Shown piece after piece: positions 9,785 through 20,900 of a stretch of DNA of 64,000 bases (the first letter of the stretch is position 1; each line of letters starts with the position of its first letter). Location of the stretch: positions 1-64,000 of IMG/VR virus record IMGVR_UViG_3300020442_002364, one strand, 5' to 3'. Both the position numbers and the translations under genes were made by a program. The notes under the pieces were generated by a model. The model was not told where the DNA came from. It did not search any database and saw only the letters and a list, made by a program, of their open reading frames with translations. This stretch comes from a virus.

Positions 9785-10798
9785 TTATGGATATGGAGTC
9801 TCAGGTGCGAGTCCAAATTTACTTGCACTAGCACTATATAGGTTAGCAATTTCCGTTGCTTCTAAAGGACGATTCCAGATTCTAATACTAGCACAGTGTC
9901 CCATAAATGAGGAGTTGGAACCATAGGCATGACCAGACAGCAATCTTCCAACGCTGCTGGTATTAGCACTACCGATATCAGTAGAGATAGTTCTCCTTCT
10001 GTTTTGATAACCGTTAACGTAAATGGAACTAAAGTAAGATCCTTGTCCACTTGAAGCGGATCTTGCATCCCAGCAGGCAACAATTTGACTCCATGTAGAT
10101 GCAGGAGCATATGGTCTCATGTTTGAATTGCTGATGTCATTTCCACAGCAACCTTGAGATGGAGCTCCGAGTCTAAAATAGAATGAGTTTGCATAATCCC
10201 AATAACCAACCCAGAACCAGTTAACATCATTAGGAGAGTCATTGCTTCTATTGTGAATTAGACCATTACCTTGGTTAAATCTTTGTGGTTTAATCCACCA
10301 TTCAATAGTTCCTTTGAGTTTGTTCCATCCGTTATTTGTTGGGAAAGGAATACCACTTCCACCTCCACTTCCATTGCTGTTGTTATAAACTGCTCCAAGG
10401 TTATCAACGTTCTGGAAACTCCAGTTACCTTGAGCACTAGTAATAGTTACGTTTCCAATTATATTTTGCTGATCAATCCAAGTATTTCCACTATAACCAG
10501 TTCCATTACCTAAAGTTGCATCCCAGTTTGCAACTAATCCATTTGTAGGAATATTTGTAGTATCTGGATCTTCATACGTAGGAACCCATCTAGTACCGTT
10601 ATAATACTCCATTGTATTCGTGGTTGTATTATAACGCATTTCTCCAGACGAAGAACTAGGTCTTTGAGCCGTAGTTCCCTTTGGCATCTTGAGAGTTGTG
10701 TTTGCTGCAGAGCAATCCAGACTAACTCCACTAGAGGTAGAAACGTAACCGCTACCCGCTAAATTGTTAAGTTGGTCTACTTTTAAAATACTTGCCAT
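9785..10798 (-). CDS. Fibre-tip/adhesin-like protein with LamG/ConA-like domain
   Basis: MASILKVDQL N-terminus, PKGTTAQRP..GEMRYNT, GLVANWDA...TIEWWIKP...IRIWNRPLEATEIANLY. Confidence 0.75.
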   Translation of the reverse strand: MASILKVDQLNNLAGSGYVSTSSGVSLDCSAANTTLKMPKGTTAQRPSSSSGEMRYNTTTNTMEYYNGTRWVPTYEDPDTTNIPTNGLVANWDATLGNGTGYSGNTWIDQQNIIGNVTITSAQGNWSFQNVDNLGAVYNNSNGSGGGSGIPFPTNNGWNKLKGTIEWWIKPQRFNQGNGLIHNRSNDSPNDVNWFWVGYWDYANSFYFRLGAPSQGCCGNDISNSNMRPYAPASTWSQIVACWDARSASSGQGSYFSSIYVNGYQNRRRTISTDIGSANTSSVGRLLSGHAYGSNSSFMGHCASIRIWNRPLEATEIANLYSASASKFGLAPETPYP

Positions 10799-10800
10799 CG

Positions 10801-11088
10801 TTAGTCAGGTAACTCGTTAATAATTTCGGAAAAATCTAAAGCTTTATACTGTTCAATATCAAAGGGAGCTGGATTTGAATCTTTCCTTGATTTCACTTCA
10901 TTATAAAAAGCAGATTCTTCTTTACCTGGAATAACTCCAGAGTCAAGATCTTCCCATACTTTATGTAGCAAATCTACAGTATAATAATTTTGTGCTTTTT
11001 CAAAATACTTATTCATTTGGAGGTTTTTCTCCTCCATCCACCTATACAGGTCGGACTTTGATGTAGTTGGATATTCCATAATTATCAA
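10801..11088 (-). CDS. Hypothetical protein, possibly fibre chaperone
   Basis: 95-aa ORF coupled to the upstream tip gene; QxxxLxxDxxxG-like segment (LLHKVWEDLDSG...VKSRKDSNP). Confidence 0.6.
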   Translation of the reverse strand: MIIMEYPTTSKSDLYRWMEEKNLQMNKYFEKAQNYYTVDLLHKVWEDLDSGVIPGKEESAFYNEVKSRKDSNPAPFDIEQYKALDFSEIINELPD

Positions 11089-11939
11089 GGTTTTGCATTA
11101 GTAGATACTAGGTAGTTGCTTCCAGTAGATCTTGTACCAGCATCGTCAAAGAGTAAGTCTTGGAGATTGTAATTATCAGGTGGATAACTACTCCAGAAAT
11201 ACAGGAAGGAATATGGTGTGTAGTTTCCGTTTGGTTCAGAATAAGTATTATTTCTCAACCACCATCTTCCACCATCTCCAGTTCTCCAGGTATTTGCTGG
11301 AACACCATTACCATAGTATTGTGGATTTCTCATTACATAACCAGTGTAGTTTCCTGCACTAGTGTTCCAAACTTTTCCTGGGCATTGGAAGTAACTTCTT
11401 AAGTTACCACCAGTTTGACCAAGTTGACCACGAACAAAGTTTACCATTGCTCTCCAATGATATGAAGATCTTGGATATACCAAGTCTAAACCAAGGGCAG
11501 TACCACTGTGATTATTTCTTGCATCATTGACACTACTACCACCAGTAATAGCATACATGTCAAATCCACCACCCTCTTCATCCATATCTACCCACATCTG
11601 AAGTGGTTGAGGCATAGATGGAGATTTGATCCAGTAATATCCAGATGTTTTTGTTGGATAATCTAATGCCAGTTGATATCCTGATGCAGCAGCGTTAGAT
11701 GAGCTAGAACCATCTGGAGCTCCAGTGAAGAGTGCGTGCCATGCACCACCTTCATAGAAAAGCAACTCTCTTGTGCTGCTGTTGTAGTACATAAATCCAT
11801 TGGCAGCTCCAGATGGATTTGATGTCAAAACAGGAACTCTAAGATTTCCGTCAATTTGTAATAGGTGTCCAGATGGGACTCTTACTGTATTGTTATACGT
11901 TGAGAATCCCTGGATATCGTGTACTGAAAGTGTGCTCAT
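11085..11939 (-). CDS. Fibre-tip protein with fibrinogen-related/lectin-like C-terminal domain
   Basis: MSTLSVHDIQG N-terminus; DGSS..NAAAS...SGYYWIK...MWVDMDEEGGGF resembles the start of fibrinogen C-terminal-like domains. Confidence 0.65.
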   Translation of the reverse strand: MSTLSVHDIQGFSTYNNTVRVPSGHLLQIDGNLRVPVLTSNPSGAANGFMYYNSSTRELLFYEGGAWHALFTGAPDGSSSSNAAASGYQLALDYPTKTSGYYWIKSPSMPQPLQMWVDMDEEGGGFDMYAITGGSSVNDARNNHSGTALGLDLVYPRSSYHWRAMVNFVRGQLGQTGGNLRSYFQCPGKVWNTSAGNYTGYVMRNPQYYGNGVPANTWRTGDGGRWWLRNNTYSEPNGNYTPYSFLYFWSSYPPDNYNLQDLLFDDAGTRSTGSNYLVSTNAKP

Positions 11940-11942
11940 TTT

Positions 11943-14900
11943 TTAAATAATACTCCAGCTACCACCGTTAGCAATAGTGATCGTGTTTCCATTATTTATA
12001 GTGATAGGACCAGCGGTCATGCAGTTATCACTAGAAGAAACTGTGATGTTCTCTCCAATGGTTTGACGATTACGCTTGAATACGCCGTATGTGTCAATCC
12101 ACTGCTTATCACCTTCAGCGCGAAGAACAACGCTTCTTTGACCACTACTCAATCCGACTGAACTAGTGTTGATGTTCAGACCGTTTTGACCGCGAACCTC
12201 AACTCTGTAGTTGGTCTGATTTTGGTCGCCACCAGAGTAGAATGTCCAAGTACCGCCGTTACCATCAACAGAACCCATGCTGGTATCGTTATCAGATCTC
12301 CAGTAGAAGTTATCACCAGTTCTGAAATACGTGTGGGAGTTATTACCAAAGTAGAATCTTGGTTGACCACCAGCGTCGTTCAACCATACGTTTACACTAG
12401 AACCGAAGTATGGAAGACCTAATGCTTGATAACCATCAAGGAGATCAGCGTTCAAGTTTGTACATACTGTAGTAGAACTTACCGCGAGTGGTGAAGTACC
12501 AGTTGCAACTGTAGAAATAAGTCTGTTGTCAGTTTCAATTGCACCACCAACGGTTAGAGTTGAACCAGAACTAGTGCTAACACCACTGCCCTTGTTCATG
12601 AATATTCTGTTTGTTGCAGAGTAAATTGCTAAAGATGCACTGTCCTTAGCACCTTGGAATGTTGTAGTAAGAGCACCACTAGCATTAGCAAATCCTTTGA
12701 TAACAAACCAGGATTCGTTATTATCATCAGCACCCAACTGCCAACCCATATCGTTGTCAGTATCAGTAAAGGTCATGAAGGATGACGAACCATCAGCACC
12801 AAACGTAATTCTGCCGTATGATGCTCTACCGTCTCTAAAGTCCGCAAACAACGCAGAACTAGCACCCTGGCTGACAATCTCAAGAGGAGATCCTGGGTTA
12901 GAGTCTCCAATACCGATACGACCATTGCGGAAGTAAACGTTGTTGTAAGACAGATGTGTTCCATTCCAACCAAAGGAATTGCTATCATTACCAAAGCGGA
13001 TGAATCCTTGATTTCCGTTACCTTTGCCTTTGATAGATGCAGTGTTGGTTGTTACTTTACCGAAGGTAATACCATTACCATCACCAATGCTCAGTGCGCC
13101 TGTACCGTTGTTAGAGAAGATACCTTGGTCGGCATACAAGTCAGAAATATTGATGTCACCTGATCCAGTTCTTCTTACAAGTGTATTGTTTACATTGCTA
13201 GAGTTCTGGGTGTAACCATCAACATAGTGAGCGTCTAACTGTGATGATGCTCCATCGTTTCCTGCGTGCCAGATTGTATTACCATTAAAGGTAAAGTCAG
13301 CAGCATTGATTCTTAAAGTTCCCTGTCCGTTGGTAGCATTACCACCAGAGATGAAGAACTGAACATCGTAGTTAGCTGCCAGACCAGACGATCTGAAATC
13401 GATACTTGGTGTTGTAGTTACATTACCTTTACCAATCTGCAGTTTAGCACCTACAGGATTGTCAGTAAGACCGAAGATTTGACTAGAACCACTGCTAATC
13501 TCGTTAGAAGAAGTTACAGTCCACTTAGTTCCTGGGTTTGGACCAAAGATAGCGATGTTTGCATTAGTGTTAACACCGACAAATGTGATAGATCCAGTAA
13601 CTAATGAATAGATGTCTCCAGTTGGTCCTGTTTGTTCGGAAACTCCATTTGCATCAACTACGATAGAACCAATGTTATTGGTTGCGTTTGAATCTGAGTA
13701 GATAGTATATGTTCCACCATTATTGATGTTACCATTAGTTCCAGAATTTACATGATACTTTGGAATATACAAAGTGTATTTGTTTCCAGTGTCATGTACA
13801 TACAGATTCTCAAGGAAGATCTTTTCTCTACCTAATACTTCTGGTAAGAATGGATCACCAATAACACCAACTCCTCTTGTATCACCTAAGTTATACCCAG
13901 ATTGATACCAGAGACCTTCATAATTATCAAGTTTGTCCGCATTCAGTCCACCAGTTCTCGCTGGTTGACTTGGATCATTGAGGTTTGGACCATCATTGGC
14001 AGAGGACCACATCTTAGCCCAGTTGCCATATACATTACCAGATCCAGAGTTACCTCTAATGTAAAGGTTATTGTTAGTTGTAAATCCAAGTTGAGTCGCT
14101 GCATTTCCAGTAGCTTCTCTTCTGTAAGTTAGTACACCGTGAGTTGATCCACCATCATTAAGACCTGTTGCAGCATTGTTTCTAAGTGCAGCACTAATAC
14201 CAGCACCAGACGTGCTTGGTGTTGGGTTAGAACTTAACGCTGTAACATCATTAAAGACTCTGTTAGCGGTGTCAGCAGTACCAGAGATAGAAATGTTATA
14301 GGTGGTATTTGCCAGACGTGCTGGGTCAAGAGTACCATTTAACAGATTACCTGCATCTTCAAAGTAAGACAGTGAGTTACCATGGAGCAGGTCTGCATTG
14401 AGTTTAGATCCTGGACCCTGATCAATTGAGACTTCACCGTTAGTGGTAACAATAAATCCACCTTCAGATTGATTACCGATTGCTTGGTTGGCGACATCCT
14501 TGCGGAACTTGAATACACCATAGTTACCATAGATGGTGGCGCTTGGTGTTAAGTCGTTTCCTTTTCTGATGTCAATAGAAGCGTTACCATAAACTCTGTT
14601 TATAGTTCCTTTGTTTGCAGTAAGAACTGCACTAGTTCCAGCTCCCAGTTCTGCTGGAATAGTTACAGTAAAGTCAGCAGCGTATCCAGTACCAGAGTCA
14701 GTGATAGTTGCTGATGTAATAACTCCACCACTAACAACATAGTTAGCGCGAGCAACATTATCATCAGAACCAGTAATGCTACCACCACCAGTGTTAGATC
14801 CACCTTCTACTGGGAGGTTTTGGTAATTGCCATCAGTAAATCCTGTACCACCATTGGAGATGGTGATAGAGTCAATGTAAGAACTATCAGTGATAGAACC

Positions 14901-17900
14901 ACTGATAAGCATTGCGTCAGATGTTTCTGGTTTGAGTGATTGAATTACAAACTCATACGAAGAGTCACCTCTTAAGAATGTATTAGAGTTTGCAGCACCT
15001 CTAGCAGCAAGACGTTCTGGATCGATTGTACCAGCAACAATATTAGAAGCGTCAATATTGGTAGATGTTAACTGCGTCCAGTTAGCAGCGTTAGATGCAG
15101 AAGTATTGATTACTCTAGTGAGGTCAATAATTCTCTTTCTATTAACATTACCACTTGTCGTAGTGCTGTTAACTGACTGAATTGTAAATTCATTAACGTT
15201 AATTACGTTAATAGTATAGAATCCATCTGGAGCAGTTCCAGATGTAAAGTCTAAGTAGACAAGATCAGCGTTAGCAAGACCATGTGAGGTTTCTGTAATA
15301 CTAACGACATTGCTATTATTTTGAGAATATGTTCCAGTTCCTTCGTTGACTAAACCTTGATCTAAGATAAAGTCACCAGCGTCAAACTTAATATTGTTAG
15401 CAATGTCAATATCAACACGCCCCTCAATCTCAGGTGCGATAACTGCATTATTAGCAGTTGGAGATGCCTGTGGAGTTACTGTTGGTTGAGTGTAATATCC
15501 TTTACCAAAGTTAGTGATTGTTACTGCGGTAACTACACCGTTAGAAACGTTAGCGGTAGCAGCTGCCTGAACACCATTAACAGTATCATCTGGAGTGCTG
15601 ATGGTTAGACTGAAGTCTCCAGTATATCCACCGCCACCATTACTGATATTATACTTAAATACTCTACCATCATTATAACCAGTTACAGTTCCTCTAGCAG
15701 TTGTAGAACTACCGACGATAATATCACCATTGTTAAATGTGAATGCACTGTTAGGTTGGAATGCTAAGAATTGAGATTCTAAATCATTCTCCAAGATATA
15801 AGAAACTGCTGTTCCTTGAGTTGTAAATACTTGAGTTCCAGTTCCTTGTGTTGTTAAGTCAATAGCAGTGGGAACCTGAGCATTAGCTTCGGATACTGCT
15901 AACTGGATAGTGTTAGCATCTACAACATAAACATAATAAGTGTTACCTGTTGCAAGACCACCGATAGCTGCAGTTCCTTGTGTATAGATCAGTGCAGATC
16001 CAGTTGTTAAACCATGACCAGTAATAGTAATTTGATCATTACTGGTATTGATAGATCCTGGTGCAACGTTAAACGTCTCAGTTGAGGTTTCAATTGCAAT
16101 ATCACCTGCCTCAGCATCTTCAATTGCAAGACGAGCAGAAGTAGAAGCAACAGAGGTAATATTGAAAGGACGTAGAGCAGGAATCTGGTCAATATTGATC
16201 TTACCAGATGCGGTCAACTGAACCAGCGCAGAAGGAACAGCGTTGGTAGAGTATGGTTGGTTCAGATATGGACCAAGGTTGTTGGAGATATAATCCTTAA
16301 CTGATGCCTGAGTTGGAAGAATAGAGTCACTTGCAAATGCACCACCCAGGTTATCATCAGCAGAGAAACCTGTAATAGTGATGTTACCACCAACAATCTT
16401 AATGGAGGACAGTTCGGAGATACTAACAGTACCAACGAAACTAATAGCACCAGTTCTGTTGAAAATAGTAACGAAGTTACCAACCTTGAAGTCACCAAAC
16501 TCGTTAGTACCTGATGTATAAACCTGTCCGAATGATTGCTCTGCGGCTTCAAATGCGGTTCCGAGACCAACTCCACCATTCTGAGGAAGTGCAGCGTAGG
16601 TGTTACCAGAACCAGAGTATTCCCAAGTGTGAGAAGAAGAGTTGACAACAGAAGGTCTATGTAATTTGATCGTTCTGTTGACAAGACCAGAACTTAGGTT
16701 TCCAATAGAGTATGAATATTGTGTGTTAGTAGATGTCTCTGTCAGATCAAGAGACTGGTTAATTGTGATGTCTGCAACAATCTGAGTACCTGGAGAACCA
16801 CTAATTAACTCAGTTTCAAGAACAATAAATTCAATTGCAGTATTGGTATTTGTAAGACCGTCAAACTTGACGATATAATCTTCAATTGGAATGTTGGTTA
16901 ATGTTGTTCCACCAATTCTTAAGGTCTGTCTTCCAGTTGCAACTCCATTACCATCAACTTCGTTAGTAACACTCTGTACAGTACCGATATCAAAGGCATA
17001 TGGTTCTGCTCTGAAACCAGTTGCACGGAGAGCGAATGTACCAAAGTTAGATGCCGAGTTGGTAACAGAAGCGTAACCACCAGACTGACATACAATACCA
17101 TCTTGACAGAAGATAGCAAACACAGAAACTAACTGCGTATATCCATCGTTGGTAATATTGTATGCTGTACCACCGAAAGAGATAATCGTAAATGCCGATG
17201 CAACCATCGACTTACCTTGTGGATCAAACTTAGCAGTTATATTTCCTTGTCCATCTACCTTTAGACCTGGACGTGGTACGTTTGGTGTAGCAACCTTAGC
17301 ACCATCAATTTCACAACCAGAACCACCCAAGAAAGAGATCAGGGAGGAGTTCTGAATGTATGGAGATGCTTCGATAACAGGCAGGTCAAGGTTGTCAGAA
17401 AGCAGTGGGAAACTATATCCACCAGATCCCAACTCAGTAATCAATGGATCTGGATTAGTTACTGTTCCACTGTAAGCGGTAGAAGTGCTCAGTGTTGTGT
17501 CAAGAATCTGCCAATTGGTAGTAAGAGCAGCAACAACGTTAGCACATTCTGGTTGGACTGAATCAACAGTTACAGATCCATTTGCTACTGGAGTGATTTG
17601 ACTGAAAGATCCAGTTGCAAGGTCATTTCTAATTGCTTTAACTGCAAGTTCTTTTGCCTTTGCATATACAGTTCTAGAGAAGTCAACCTCATTTGCGATA
17701 AACTGGACTGCTCCACTGCTGATGTAAAGATTTGCTGCCTCTACAATTTTGGAGTTACCATTATATCTAAGATCAAATTGGAATGCTTTGAGGATTTTGA
17801 TGATATCATCAATACACTGTTGATCTCCCTCAGCATAAGTTCTTGTTACACCGTTTAAGTTACCAGGATTACCTGTGCTACCAATAGCAGTAGTTAAGAC

Positions 17901-20900
17901 TCCAAACAGAGTTGTGATAGTGGAAGCTACGTCCTGACATGCTGGACTTTGAATGTCCTGAGTAATACTGGTATCTTTTACCTGAGTATACCCACCAAGG
18001 TTATAGGTGGTGAATGCAGATGCGAAGGTCTCGTTACGCATTGCTGCAATAGCGAGATCTCTAGAATAATTGAATGCAATTACAGACTCATCTTCCTCAC
18101 CAGCAACATGAGCACCGTCAACATAATACTTGGCAGCATCATATACTTGATCGTTGCCACCGTAGGTAAGGTTATATGTAAGAGATTTTAAGAAGTCAAC
18201 AACGTCATCCTTACAGTTTTGAGTTCCTGTTGGGACTGTAAATGACTGCTCAGCAATCATTCTTTCAACTGCCATTTCGGCAATCATATCAGCATTAGCA
18301 AGAATCAAAGATGATGCGTCTGCATATCTATCAGCGTAAGGAAGACTTCCTGGAGTGATATGTGGAAGAGGTGTGAGATAAGTTACTGTTCCTGTCTCAC
18401 CATCATTACTGGAGTTTGGAAGAGTAATTGTAAATGTTCTGTGATCTGTTTGATCCGCAATTTGGTAACTAGCGGCACCAAGAGATCCACTAAAAGTAAA
18501 ATTATATGTCTGTAATGCATATCCAGCATGTCCAAGTGGGACAGTTACAGTACAAGTTGATCCAGAAACAGAGTAAGTACCAGCTCTGGTATTTCCTAAG
18601 ATAGTTGAATAATTTACACTATCAATAACAGGTTGAGTTCCTCTAGTTACCGAACTAGTATGGTGCGATTTTACAAAAGCATATGCTTCTTCTGCAATAT
18701 GATTTTGGTTTGCCCTGATAGCTTCGGCACCATCTCTAAATCTATCTGATACTGGTTCAGATTTAGTAAACACATATGGAGAGTTTCTCAGTGATGCAAG
18801 AACATAGTTGCTTGCTGAGATGGCAGTCTGATCTCCAGTTGGATCTAGAGAAGCATTGAATACTGAATAGTTACCTCTTACTGCAAATTGCAGAGAGTAT
18901 CCGTCAGGTCTCTCGATTCTATGTGTTACATACTTTCTACCATTCAGGTCTGCAATATTGTCAGAAATCGTCAGAGAACCTGTTGTTGACTTACTATCAG
19001 GTGCTTTGAGCGTAAATCTTACAGTATTACTTCCAACATCATAAACACCAAAACCAACACCTAAAGCTGTGTTTGCTGGAAGAGATGGATGTGAAGATCC
19101 AGTGCCGAAAGAATCAATATGATATGTCTTAGATACTGCTGTTCCAGAAGTAAAGTTGAACTTTAAACCAGCTTCTCCAAGAGAAGTTAAATTACCCCAA
19201 AGAGTACCTACTAAACTAGCATCAGTGCTGGTGATTGTTACTTGAATAGCATTTCCAGTTTGACTGTATGCGTAACTTGCAGCTCCACCAAAATCAATAG
19301 TGCTGGAAGTAAATCCATAGAGATTGACTTCTTGTCCAACTTCAAATGTATGGAAGTTACTGCCTGTAGAAGTTACTAAAACTCCATTGTAAGCTTGCTG
19401 TGTAGTTAACGAACAATCGATTGTAGCAACACTGACAAGATTGTTGGATAAATCAAATCTATGATCTCCTTTTCCTGCAGATGTGATATCAATCAGGATA
19501 GGATCATCAGCTCCAGATGCGTTTTTATTTGTAGCGTCAGCAGCGGAAGCTGCAAGAGCAATCCAATTATCGTTATACTTGTATGCATAATAACGAGTGT
19601 CATTGGTGAGTCCACCAATGTCACCAAGACTACTGGAACGATATTCTAATGGATCTCCAGATACAAGTCCATGCTTTTCAATGAAAATCTGATTGTTTTC
19701 TGGCATGATATTGCCAGAAGTTAGATAATGATATCCAGTAGAATTTCCTGTGATGTCTTTTCTTCCCTCTACCTCAGTAATCGTAGTAGAGTTTTCCCAA
19801 GTGTCATACAGTTCAATAGTGTTACTATCAACAGCTCTTACATAATAAATTGTGTTGTCGATGAGACCAGGGATAACTGTGTTTCCATCTCTATTGTAGA
19901 AGACAGCAGAACCAGTACGAAGTCTATGCCCTGGGATAGTAATTCTATCAGTTAGGAGATCTGGGATATTTGTAGAATCTGGAATAAACTGAAGAGTCTC
20001 TCTTTCAGAATCTACAGTATGTTGGAAAATCTGGTTAGAGATGGTTTCCAGTTCTGGTCTCAATGACTCAGTATCAGCAACCTCAAAACGTAAAGATACG
20101 CTTGGGTTATTAATATCAGTAATAATATTGGCAAAAGAAGCAGAATCGTAGAAGATACTTTCTGCCTGGTTGAATGTTGCTGTTGGTCCAGATGTAACTA
20201 GGATAGTTACAAATCCAGTTGCAGCTTGGGTAGCTCCAGTTCCAGTAAAGGTTACTGACTGAACTCTACCTTGAGTACCAGAAGATCCACCCTGTACATA
20301 GAAACCTACTCCAGGTGTAGCTGTAGTTCCTGTGTGGTTCGTGAAGGTAACCTTGAAAATGTTTTCACCACGGAATTGATCACCTGGAACAGCAGGAATT
20401 TGTCTTACTTCAGGTTCGTAGTAAAGTCTCTGCTTATCGTCAAATACGAATGCAAAATTCCAAGTGTGAATTACTTCACTTTGAGGATCACTAGCGTTTT
20501 GGAGAGCATCTCTGAATACAACTCCATTAACATAAGTTTCGTTAGACGCCTTGACCATGTGGCGGTCAGCGTTAATTGGTCTAACAACTACTCTACGAAG
20601 GTTGTCACCAATAAGAGAACAGTTTCTTGGGAGAGAGATTGGGTTATCTTCTAAGTATTCACCACCAGATACGATGATCGATACGTACTCATCAGTAGGA
20701 TCTGGAGTTGCTTTTTGTAATCCGTATGCAATTTGAGCAGCTTTTTTGATAGTAGCAACTGGTCTCGCTGCAGAGCGACCATCATTAGTGTCACTACCAA
20801 TAGTAGAAGATACGTATACACGACCACCTGTGTCGTTGGTGGCGACTTTATATACGAAGTCTGTAGTTGCAATACGTCTCGACTGATCACTCAGAGGAGG

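Noticed and set aside
7965-11939. Diversity-generating retroelement acting on the lectin tips
   Set aside because: No reverse transcriptase and no template/variable repeat pair seen in the window
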